Part shown: one piece after another, positions 1-8,400 of the stretch
Numbering within the stretch: the first letter of the stretch is position 1
Layout: the number at the start of each line of letters is the position of its first letter
Origin: a virus
Taxonomy: Duplodnaviria; Heunggongvirae; Uroviricota; Caudoviricetes
Virus record (IMG/VR): IMGVR_UViG_2671180636_000009
Direction: 5' to 3' (one strand)
DNA length: 9,497 nt
Made by a program: the position numbers and the translations under genes
Notes under the pieces: generated by a model
Told to the model about the DNA's origin: nothing
What the model saw: the letters and a program-made list of their open reading frames with translations, nothing else
Database searches by the model: none

Positions 1-31
1 TACACTAAATCAGTAAGTTGGCAGCATCACC
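1..31 (-). mobile_element. IS1 insertion sequence, terminal inverted-repeat end only (element body lies beyond the window start)
   Basis: Bases 1-31 (TACACTAAATCAGTAAGTTGGCAGCATCACC) match, from memory, the reverse complement of the IS1 terminus GGTGATGCTGCCAACTTACTGATTTAGTGTA that lies just upstream of insA. Composition changes abruptly at base 32. Recalled, not searched; orientation inferred from that recollection. Confidence 0.7.
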
Positions 32-350
32 AGCCTTCTTGAGGCTACCACCTGTTTTCAGGTGTCATTCAGACGTGATTTGCCCCAGATTGGGAAAGCA
101 CGCTTTTTTCTCAGCTATCGTCCTCTTATTTTGCCGTTACATTTCTTTTTGCATTCTAATGATTAATTTACAATAATAATATCGGTAATTATTGAGTAAT
201 AATAAATTAATTATTGCAAATGTAATTTAATTCCATCTTCGCGTTATATTCCAATCTTTAATCTCCGCATGGAACAAGTTGCATGCGTGACTATATTAAG
301 ACGACTTATAACCACCAAAACATTTGCTTTGCAAGCAAAAACAGTGACCA

Positions 351-379
351 TTGACTCTAAGAAAATTCCGATCTATTGT
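351..379 (+). promoter_or_regulatory. Candidate sigma70-like promoter (-35 TTGACT at 351-356, 17-bp spacer, -10 TATTGT at 374-379) upstream of the small ORF
   Basis: Hexamers read directly from the sequence. The region is AT-rich, so chance promoter-like matches are common; no experimental support. Confidence 0.2.
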
Positions 380-413
380 TAGGGTCATCAAAGTTACTTA
401 ACAGTATTCCGAA

Positions 414-515
414 ATGAAAATACAAAGCAAGCTAATTGTCTTATTAAACATTATTATTGCATTTATATTATTTGAGCTTTTAGCTCAAAAATTTGGTTTG
501 AGTACATTATTTTAA
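414..515 (+). CDS. Candidate small hydrophobic membrane peptide, 33 aa (MKIQSKLIVLLNIIIAFILFELLAQKFGLSTLF), possible moron or type I toxin-like gene
   Basis: ATG at 414, TAA at 513-515. About 16 consecutive hydrophobic residues are consistent with one transmembrane helix. A promoter-like element lies upstream and an intrinsic terminator about 150 bp downstream. No clear Shine-Dalgarno sequence precedes the ATG, and I do not recognise the peptide. Confidence 0.25.
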   Translation: MKIQSKLIVLLNIIIAFILFELLAQKFGLSTLF

Positions 516-663
516 AGCAAGATAAACAATATCGGGCACTCTAGTTTTTATAATTAACAATTAAACGTCCATAAAATGTTATTTACTTTTCTTCGCTATT
601 GTCATATCTTAATATAGTGGCTTACGCCACTCTACTTTCATCACATTTTGTACGTTTATGTAC

Positions 664-694
664 TCGCCATGAAGCTCTTTCATGGCGATTTTTT
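664..694 (+). terminator. Rho-independent terminator-like hairpin (10-bp stem 664-673 / 679-688, loop GCTCT) followed by a six-T run at 689-694
   Basis: Perfect inverted repeat TCGCCATGAA / TTCATGGCGA followed by TTTTTT, read directly. The T-run is on the plus strand, so it would stop transcripts coming from the small-ORF side before they run antisense into tfa. Confidence 0.45.
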
Positions 695-780
695 ATTCTT
701 AATCCAAGAACATACTCCCTACCTATAGCAAAATCACTTTTTTAACAAAAGAATAACGTATTTAGGTAATCATTACGAAT

Positions 781-1169
781 TTACCCTATAGGTGCTACTG
801 GCCATTCAATATCCGGTGCAGTTGATGTATCAACACGGTTCAGCAACACCCGATACTTTTTCCAAGCTTCCAGCAACAAGGTTTCTTTCTCCGTTGCGAT
901 CTCCAGATCCACAGCATCCTGAAGCGGCGCTATATGCTCACTGGCTACCTGCATCAGGCTGTTTTTTGTTTCTTCCGCCTCCCGGATCCGGAACAGTTTT
1001 TCTGCTTCCGTATCCTTCACCCAGGCTGTGCCGTTCCACTTCTGAAACTCCCCTTCCGGGGATAACCAGGTGACATTTTCCGGTAATGAGCCGAGTTCAG
1101 AAATAAATAACGCGTCGCCGGAAGCCACGTCATAAACCGTTTTACCCCGATGATCTTCAACGAGATGCC
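781..1169 (-). CDS. tfa: Tail fibre assembly protein Tfa (lambda Tfa / TfaR-TfaQ family); C-terminal ~128 aa visible, N-terminus hidden in N-run 1170-1675
   Basis: The minus-strand translation ends ...[72 protein letters not shown], with the stop codon at 781-783. This closely resembles the Tfa C-terminus of lambdoid phages (recalled). If the gene is about 190 aa, the start lies near 1350-1370 inside the N-run. Confidence 0.85.
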
Positions 1170-1675
1170 NNNNNNNNNNNNNNNNNNNNNNNNNNNNNNN
1201 NNNNNNNNNNNNNNNNNNNNNNNNNNNNNNNNNNNNNNNNNNNNNNNNNNNNNNNNNNNNNNNNNNNNNNNNNNNNNNNNNNNNNNNNNNNNNNNNNNNN
1301 NNNNNNNNNNNNNNNNNNNNNNNNNNNNNNNNNNNNNNNNNNNNNNNNNNNNNNNNNNNNNNNNNNNNNNNNNNNNNNNNNNNNNNNNNNNNNNNNNNNN
1401 NNNNNNNNNNNNNNNNNNNNNNNNNNNNNNNNNNNNNNNNNNNNNNNNNNNNNNNNNNNNNNNNNNNNNNNNNNNNNNNNNNNNNNNNNNNNNNNNNNNN
1501 NNNNNNNNNNNNNNNNNNNNNNNNNNNNNNNNNNNNNNNNNNNNNNNNNNNNNNNNNNNNNNNNNNNNNNNNNNNNNNNNNNNNNNNNNNNNNNNNNNNN
1601 NNNNNNNNNNNNNNNNNNNNNNNNNNNNNNNNNNNNNNNNNNNNNNNNNNNNNNNNNNNNNNNNNNNNNNNNNNN

Positions 1676-2181
1676 GCCACTGGTTAATGAGCCACTGATA
1701 CCAACCTGATTAGTCCCGCTAACTTGAGTACTCCCTGCCGGAAACATTCCAGTAGGTTGACTCCCGCTATTCGTTCTGGGCCCAGTCTGACTATGTTGGT
1801 GGGCCCCAGCTGAACTTGTAGAGCCGCTCAGACTGTGCGTATGCGCCCCGGTGTTATTCGTGGATTTAGTGCCGTAATCAAACGACGATGTGGTTTTCGT
1901 CCCCAAATCCGTACTGGATGCGCTGGCGCTGTGGGTGTGCGATTTAATGCCATCCTGTTCCTGAGACAATACGGCACGACCACTGGCGGGCTTGCCCTTA
2001 ATCGTCCAGCCACGCATATCAGGGATCACGCCTGACGGATAAGCGGCTGCAAGTTTCGGGTAAGCAGATTTGTCAAAAGTCTGCCCCTGCATCAGGGCAT
2101 AACCAGACGGAACGGTATCTGATGGCCACGGGATTGGTGCACCGACTGGATAAAACTCTGCAGGAGGATGAGCCGAGGTGT
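1676..2181 (-). CDS. stf: Side tail fibre distal segment (lambda Stf C-terminal-like, with HxH motifs); both ends run into N-runs
   Basis: The translation ([78 protein letters not shown]...[14 protein letters not shown]...) is nearly collinear with the recalled lambda Stf distal region. Its frame differs from that of the stf segment at 2295-4544, so it is either the continuation of one long stf or a separate orf314-like gene starting inside N-run 2182-2294. Confidence 0.8.
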
Positions 2182-2294
2182 NNNNNNNNNNNNNNNNNNN
2201 NNNNNNNNNNNNNNNNNNNNNNNNNNNNNNNNNNNNNNNNNNNNNNNNNNNNNNNNNNNNNNNNNNNNNNNNNNNNNNNNNNNNNNNNNNNNNN

Positions 2295-4544
2295 CCAGCC
2301 GATGAGTAACTCACCTTCGCCAACGGCTGTCATCCCTTTNNNNNNNNNNNNNNNNNNNNNNNNNNNNNNNNNNNNNNNNNNNNNNNNNNNNNNNNNNNNN
2401 NNNNNNNNNNNNNNNNNNNNNNNNNNNNNNNNNNNNNNNNNNNNNNNNNNNNNNNNNNNNNNNNNNNNNNNNNNNNNNNNNNNNNNNNNNNNNNNNNNNN
2501 NNNNNNNNNNNNNNNNNNNNNNNNNNNNNNNNNNGCCAGGTGAATAATCTGTTCCGTGATTAATATAGGTAAACTGGGCGTTGGTTGTTCCGCCACCGCT
2601 GGATGTGGTCGGAGTGGTAATGCGGATCGTCATCGCTGACTTTATCCCCATTACTTCAATGACAGCTCCGGCGAGATGAATATTACCGCAGCCAGTATCA
2701 GTAATGATTTTATTATTGCCATAAGACCAGGAACCCTTGCACATCCAGTATGGATGGTTAAATGCTCCCTGAGAATCCAGCCACTCGATAAACTGTGCAG
2801 TCGTCCAGTTTCCTGTTGTTGTGCTTACTGACCCACCGAAGGCACGGCAGGCACCAATATTTTTCGTAAAGGTGTCTTTGCCAGGGATATCCGCACCGTT
2901 CTGATCTTTCTGCAGACGTTTCTCAGCATTGTCATTGGCTGCTTTTACTGCCTTTGGCGTTGCCGCCAGCGTTTCAGACGTGCTGTTGGTCGCGCTGCTT
3001 AGCTGGATTATCCCTTTCTGTGCTGTCGTTGCATCCTGTGCGGTGTATTTCCCGTTAGCCAGGTCATACGCGGCCTTAACGGCTTTTGGTGTTGCCGCCA
3101 GTGACTCGGAAGTGCTGTTAGTCGCACTACTGAGCTGTACTATCCCCTTTTTCGTCGTGCTCGCATCCTCAAGCGCCACGGCGGATGCAATATCCTCTGC
3201 CCGTTTTGCCGCTGTCTCAGCGCGCGTTGCTGCAGATTCCGCCGTACTTTTGCTCTGAGCTGCTGCCGTCGCACTACCAGCAGCCTCTGTCGCCTTCGTG
3301 GATGCCGTCGTGGCGCTGCCCTTCGCTGCTGACGCCTGTCTGGTCGCCTCATCTTTTGAAGCAGACGCCGATGATGCCGATGACGCCGCCGAACTGGCGG
3401 ACGATGCGGCAGCCGTTTTTGAGGATTCTGCACGGGTTTCCGACGCTTTCGCGTTCGTTTCGGATGTCTTCGCTGCGGAAGCTGACCTCGCTGCTGCCGT
3501 GGCCTGCTCAGTGGCTTCGCCAGCCTTCGTTGTGGCTGTTGAAGCGGATGATGCGGCGCTTTCTGCCGATTTTCCGGCGGCGGTGGCACTGGCTGAGGCC
3601 TGCCCGGCACTTGTTGACGCGGCGCTGGCAGACGACGCAGCCGCTGTTTTTGAGCCTGCCGCAGCTGAGGCACTCTGTCCCGCTGCCGTTTCAGAAGACC
3701 TGGCGTTCGTCTCGGACGTTTTGGCCGCCTTCGCAGAATTTGCAGCCGCCGTCGCCGAGGAAGCTGCGCTACTGGCGCTTGATGATGCGTTCGTTTCTGA
3801 TGATTTTGCCGCCTCTTTTGAAGCCGACGCATCCCGGGCTGAGGTGGCAGCTTCTGACGCTTTCGTGGTCGCGGTGGATGCAGAAGTGGCTGCTGATTGT
3901 TGTGACGCTGCCGCATTCGTTTCTAACGTTTTCGCCGCACCGGCACTGGTAGCCGCCGCGCTTTTTGAGGACTCTGCAGCGGCAGCACTTTTTGAGGCTT
4001 CAGTGGCCTTTGTTGATGCCGTTCCTGCGCTGGAAGACGCTGACTGAGCCGACGAAGCGGCCTGTCCGGCTGACGTGCTGGCTGCACGTGCTGAATCTGC
4101 AGCATCAGTCGCATGGGTTGCCGCCTCACGGGCTGATGTGCTGGCATCGCTGGCTGATTTCTTCGCGGCTGCCGTGTTCTGTGCCACCGCGGACGCGTTA
4201 CGCGCCACCTCTTCCACCATCAGCTCAAAACGGCGCAGTGCCTCCGGACGGGCATCATCCTCCGTCATGGCACCGAGAAAATCATTCAGCGTACCGGGTC
4301 GGGAATCTTCATACACGGTGATGGTCCCGGCATGTGACGGCGGGAATCCTTCCACCAACAGAATAACGCTGTACTGACCGTACTCAACGTCCATGCTGTA
4401 ACGCCCGGCTTCATCCGGATTTTCTGAGGCCAGCGTGTTCACCACCACCGTGGTGCTGTTACGTTTTGCTTTCAGCTGGATTGTGCAGTTCTGTACCGGT
4501 TTTCCTGTGCCGTCTTTCAGTACACCTGAAATCTTTACTGCCAT
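2295..4544 (-). CDS. stf: Side tail fibre protein Stf, N-terminal and central part (lambda Stf / StfR family); 3' end unresolved because of N-runs 2182-2294 and 2340-2534
   Basis: ATG at 4542-4544 gives MAVKISGVLKDGTGKPVQNCTIQLKA..., the conserved lambda-type Stf N-terminus (an in-frame GTG lies at 4548-4550). An Ala/Ser/Thr-rich central region and two tandem 44-aa KGIxQLSSATNSTSExLAATPKAVK repeats follow. The short visible piece 2295-2339 is open only in this same frame. Confidence 0.88.
2929..3150 (-). repeat. Two tandem in-frame coding repeats (~132 bp / 44 aa) inside stf encoding the phage tail-fibre repeat motif
   Basis: Units at about 2929-3013 and 3061-3145 are near-identical in DNA and encode GIVQLSSATNSTSESLAATPKAVKAA and GIIQLSSATNSTSETLAATPKAVKAA. 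Confidence 0.6.
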
Positions 4545-4555
4545 ATTCACCCCAC

Positions 4556-4581
4556 AAAAAAGCCCGCCTGAACCGGCGGGC
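4556..4581 (-). terminator. Rho-independent terminator-like hairpin between lom and stf (minus-strand sense: GCCCGCC-GGTTCA-GGCGGGC followed by TTTTTT)
   Basis: Perfect 7-bp GC-rich stem at plus 4562-4568 / 4575-4581, with the A-run 4556-4561 on the plus strand (a T-run on the minus strand). It sits 45 bp downstream of the lom stop and about 12 bp upstream of the stf ATG. Confidence 0.45.
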
Positions 4582-4608
4582 TGTCATAACACTGTGTTAC
4601 CTGGCTAA

Positions 4609-5208
4609 TCAGAATTTATAACCGACACCCACGATGAAACCGTCAGTGCGCCAGTCACCACTGCCGGAACCTTCATAAGCAAGGTCAATGGCCACGGATT
4701 CGGTCGGGTTAAACTGCACGCCAGCCCCCCACGCCAGAGACGTGTTGCTGTGGCGACCGCCATCACTTCCGGTCAGCACATCGTGCGTTTTCCCCTTATT
4801 GTCAGTTACGCGGATATAATCCCCGGAAAAAGTCGACACACGGCTGTAAGCCACACCCGCCATCGCATACGCGCTGAACCATTCATTCACGCGCACAGAC
4901 GGCCCCGCCATCACGCTGAACCAGCGGTTACGCACGGAATCCTCATGCCAGCGGGTATCGCTGTAATGCGTTTTTTGCTCATCTTCAGCGTTGGCATAAC
5001 TGAATGACGTAATCAGCCCCAGCGTGTCCGTAAACTCATAACGGTATTTCACGTTAATGCCCTTCAGGTCATCACTGCCGGGAACGTTGGTCCGGGCATG
5101 AAGATACCCCGCGCTCAGCGTGGACTGATGTTCAGACGCCCATGCAGGCGCACCGGATACGGCCAGGCAAATGGCTGCGGACAAAATGGCTGCACAAACT
5201 TTACGCAT
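4609..5208 (-). CDS. lom: Lom outer-membrane protein (Ail/Lom/OmpX family beta-barrel), 199 aa, with N-terminal signal peptide
   Basis: ATG at 5206-5208 preceded by GAGAGG; stop TGA at 4609-4611. The translation (MRKVCAAILSAAICLAVSGAPAWASEHQSTLSAGYLHARTNVPGSDDLKGINVKYRYEF...GFIVGVGYKF) is essentially the phage lambda Lom sequence as I recall it, and the terminal aromatic residue is typical of outer-membrane beta-barrels. Confidence 0.95.
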   Translation of the reverse strand: MRKVCAAILSAAICLAVSGAPAWASEHQSTLSAGYLHARTNVPGSDDLKGINVKYRYEFTDTLGLITSFSYANAEDEQKTHYSDTRWHEDSVRNRWFSVMAGPSVRVNEWFSAYAMAGVAYSRVSTFSGDYIRVTDNKGKTHDVLTGSDGGRHSNTSLAWGAGVQFNPTESVAIDLAYEGSGSGDWRTDGFIVGVGYKF

Positions 5209-5405
5209 AATTACCTCTCGCTTTTCTGCAATAAAAAAGNNNNNNNNNNNNNNNNNNNNNNNNNNNNNNNNNNNNNNNNNNNNNNNNNNNNNNNNNNNNN
5301 NNNNNNNNNNNNNNNNNNNNNNNNNNNNNNNNNNNNNNNNNNNNNNNNNNNNNNNNNNNNNNNNNNNNNNNNNNNNNNNNNNNNNNNNNNNNNNNNNNNN
5401 NNNNN

Positions 5406-8400
5406 CCTGCCCCCTGATTGCCTTTCTGGAAAATCTTAAACTCCAGAGTGACGCTACCACCACCACTAGGCATATCAATAACANNNNNNNNNNNNNNNNN
5501 NNNNNNNNNNNNNNNNNNNNNNNNNNNNNNNNNNNNNNNNNNNNNNNNNNNNNNNNNNNNNNNNNNNNNNNNNNNNNNNNNNNNNNNNNNNNNNNNNNNN
5601 NNNNNNNNNNNNNNNNNNNNNNNNNNNNNNNNNNNNNNNNNNNNNNNNNNNNNNNNNNNNNNNNNNNNNNNNNNNNNNNNNNNNNNNNNNNNNNNNNNNN
5701 NNNNNNNNNNNNNNNNNNNNNNNNNNNNNNNNNNNTCCCGTGGGAAAGGTTTGCCCACTGTTTTAACGAGATCGCCTTCAATCTGGTTCGCGGACAATTT
5801 TCCCAGAACNNNNNNNNNNNNNNNNNNNNNNNNNNNNNNNNNNNNNNNNNNNNNNNNNNNNNNNNNNNNNNNNNNNNNNNNNNNNNNNNNNNNNNNNNNN
5901 NNNNNNNNNNNNNNNNNNNNNNNNNNNNNNNNNNNNNNNNNNNNNNNNNNNNNNNNNNNNNNNNNNNNNNNNNNNNNNNNNNNNNNNNNNNNNNNNNNNN
6001 NNNNNNNNNNNNNNNNNNNNNNNNNNNNNNNNNNNNNNNNNNNNNNNNNNNNNNNNNNNATAATGGGCGGAATAATAATCTGGCGGTCAAAGTTATGATC
6101 ATCGCTTATGGTGACTGTAACCGTCCCGTTTGGTGTTTCCGTGTTACCCCACGTACCAGCCTGTTTCGGAAATGATTTGGATACAGCTTTAACGNNNNNN
6201 NNNNNNNNNNNNNNNNNNNNNNNNNNNNNNNNNNNNNNNNNNNNNNNNNNNNNNNNNNNNNNNNNNNNNNNNNNNNNNNNNNNNNNNNNNNNNNNNNNNN
6301 NNNNNNNNNNNNNNNNNNNNCTGTTTCGGAAATGATTTGGATACAGCTTTAACGAAGTCACCTCTGACCTGAGTCGCCTCCAGCATGCCCTTAATCGTAC
6401 AGTTTTCATTTACCGTGACATTGTTGAGCGTCCCGGCGTTCGCATTCACACTGCCACTGATATCCGCATTTTTAGCGGTCAGCTTTCCGTCCGGAGTCAG
6501 GGAAAATGCCGATGGATTTCCACCGCTGGTAATGGTGGGGGCCGTCAGGCGTTTCAGGAACACGTCGTTCATGAATATCTGATCGCCCTGACCAACAAAC
6601 ATCGGTTTTGTGTTGCCATTCGCAGGATTAACCATCGCAATCCTGTCCGCCGCCAGCAGCACCTGACTCTGCATGCCGTCAGGGGTGTTCTCAATACCGG
6701 CACCAATACCCGCGATATAAAGGCGTCCGTCCTGCATCTGCTGCAGCTTCACAGCCCACATGCTGTTCAGGTTATTATTTGTATCAACCTGAACCTTCTG
6801 TATCTGCTGAATTGCCGCACTCTGGTCTTCCAGTTTCTTATTGACGGTCTGCGTGATTTCATTGCTGACATCCGTAATGGACGTCCTGATTTCAGCCAGG
6901 TCAGGCGCAAGCTGACCGTTATCAATCTGCGTCCACAGCTCCTGAGCCAGATGGGTTTTCCCTATCTCGCCTTTGAAAAAATCCAGATAACCGGATGCAT
7001 CATCACTCGGCTGACCAACAGCCTCCACGAATGCCGATTTGCCAACGGTGTTCACACTGCGGATATAAAAGTAATAATCATGGCCCGGTTTGATATTGAT
7101 ACTGGCGGCTATCCAGTACAGCGCCGTGCCAAGATAGCGTGCTGTGGTTTCAACCTGCCTGATATCCGCAATCCGCTTTTCCGAGAACCAGAACTCAAAC
7201 TGTACCGTCGGATCATAAACCGCAAGATGCGGCGTGGCGGTTATCTGAAAATAGCCCGGCGTCAGCTCAATCCGCGACAGCGCTGCCGGTGCGGCAATCC
7301 GGAACGATACCGACGCCGGATCGCCCTGCTGCCCCCACGCATTTACTGCCCGGACTGTCAGCCTGTAGTTCCCCAGCGCCAGTTGTGTGAAGCGGTAAGT
7401 GGTTTCCGTCGTCCGNNNNNNNNNNNNNNNNNNNNNNNNCCAGCCGCTCACTGCCGTCATCCGCTGTTACGGTCAGACGGAGCAGGAAGCTCACGCCCTT
7501 CACCACCTTCGGCGTGTCCCAGCGCGCCAGCACCTGATATTCCCCGCTGTCTGCGGTGACTTCGGCGGTCAGATGCTGCACCGCTGGCGGCGTGACACCA
7601 TTCACCGTGCCGCTCTGGTCGCCGTCAAAGTGCGCCCCGTTATCCACGATGGCTTCTTTTTCCGGCACATGCTGCACGGCGGTGATGGCATACGTGCCGT
7701 CGTCGTTCTCACGGATACTCACGCAGCGGAACAGACGCTGGCGCAGCGTCGGCAGCTTCAGCCCCCACACGCTGTATTCTGCAACGCCGTCAGGAACACG
7801 GCTCACTTTTACCTTCACGCCGTCGGTGACGGACTGGACCTCCACGCTGACCGGATTNNNNNNNNNNNNNNNNNNNNNNNNNNNNNNNNNNNNNNNNNNN
7901 NNNNNNNNNNNNNNNNNNNNNNNNNNNNNNNNNNNNNNNNNNNNNNNNNNNNNNNNNNNNNNNNNNNNNNNNNNNNNNNNNNNNNNNNNNNNNNNNNNNN
8001 NNNNNNNNNNNNNNNNNNNNNNNNNNNNNNNNNNNNNNNNNNNNNNNNNNNNNNNNCCGCCAGTACGCGACCACCGGTGCTGATACCGGNNNNNNNNNNN
8101 NNNNNNNNNNNNNNNNNNNNNNNNNNNNNNNNNNNNNNNNNNNNNNNNNNNNNNNNNNNNNNNNNNNNNNNNNNNNNNNNNNNNNNNNNNNNNNNNNNNN
8201 NNNNNNNNNNNNNNNNNNNNNNNNNNNNNNNNNNNNNNNNNNNNNNNNNNNNNNNNNNNNNNNNNNNNNNNNNNNNNNNNNNNNNNNNNNNNNNNNNNNN
8301 NNNNNNNNNNNNNNNNNNNNNNNNNNNNNNNNNNNNNNNNNNNNNNNNNNNNNNNNNNNNNNNNNNNNNNNNNNNNNNNNNNNNNNNNNNNNNNNNNNNN

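Noticed and set aside
32-178. Two open plus-strand frames of about 45-49 codons running from the IS1 junction, as a possible 3' remnant of an IS1-disrupted gene
   Set aside because: No start codon inside the window, and the translations are unrecognisable. It cannot be distinguished from chance without the sequence on the other side of IS1.
269-382. 37-aa plus-strand ORF MEQVACVTILRRLITTKTFALQAKTVTIDSKKIPIYC
   Set aside because: No RBS; it overlaps the palindrome and promoter-like element; its composition is not distinctive. Treated as a chance ORF in AT-rich DNA.
609-683. 24-aa minus-strand ORF (MKELHGEYINVQNVMKVEWRKPLY) overlapping the terminator hairpin
   Set aside because: No Shine-Dalgarno sequence; the start codon sits inside the hairpin stem; likely a chance ORF.
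792-1073. Plus-strand 93-aa ORF antisense to tfa, and the 85-aa plus-strand ORF 4750..5007 antisense to lom
   Set aside because: Both are fully embedded antisense within well-supported conserved genes, with no RBS and non-descript translations.
1828-2035. Short ORFs 1828..2013 (-) and 1835..2035 (+) inside the stf distal segment
   Set aside because: Alternative or antisense frames of the HxH-motif tail-fibre coding sequence.
1676-2900. Invertible tail-fibre switching cassette (Gin/Cin/Pin type) to explain two different fibre distal domains
   Set aside because: Both distal modules and tfa are on the same strand. There is no oppositely oriented alternative tfa/fibre C-terminus, no visible inverted crossover sites and no invertase gene in the window. 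A mosaic fusion or split gene explains the data better.
2929-4377. Plus-strand ORFs 2929..3258, 3185..3952, 3298..4047, 3965..4321 and 4075..4377, and the minus-strand alternative-frame ORF 3140..3916 (Arg/Pro/Gln-rich)
   Set aside because: All lie within the GC-rich, Ala/Ser-rich repetitive stf coding region, where alternative and antisense frames stay open by chance. Their translations are low-complexity with no recognisable family features; the stf frame explains the region.
4609-6102. The 497-aa minus-strand ORF 4609..6102
   Set aside because: Only the last 199 codons (lom, from the ATG at 5206-5208) are a real gene. The upstream extension is read-through of the lom 5' region and N-runs.
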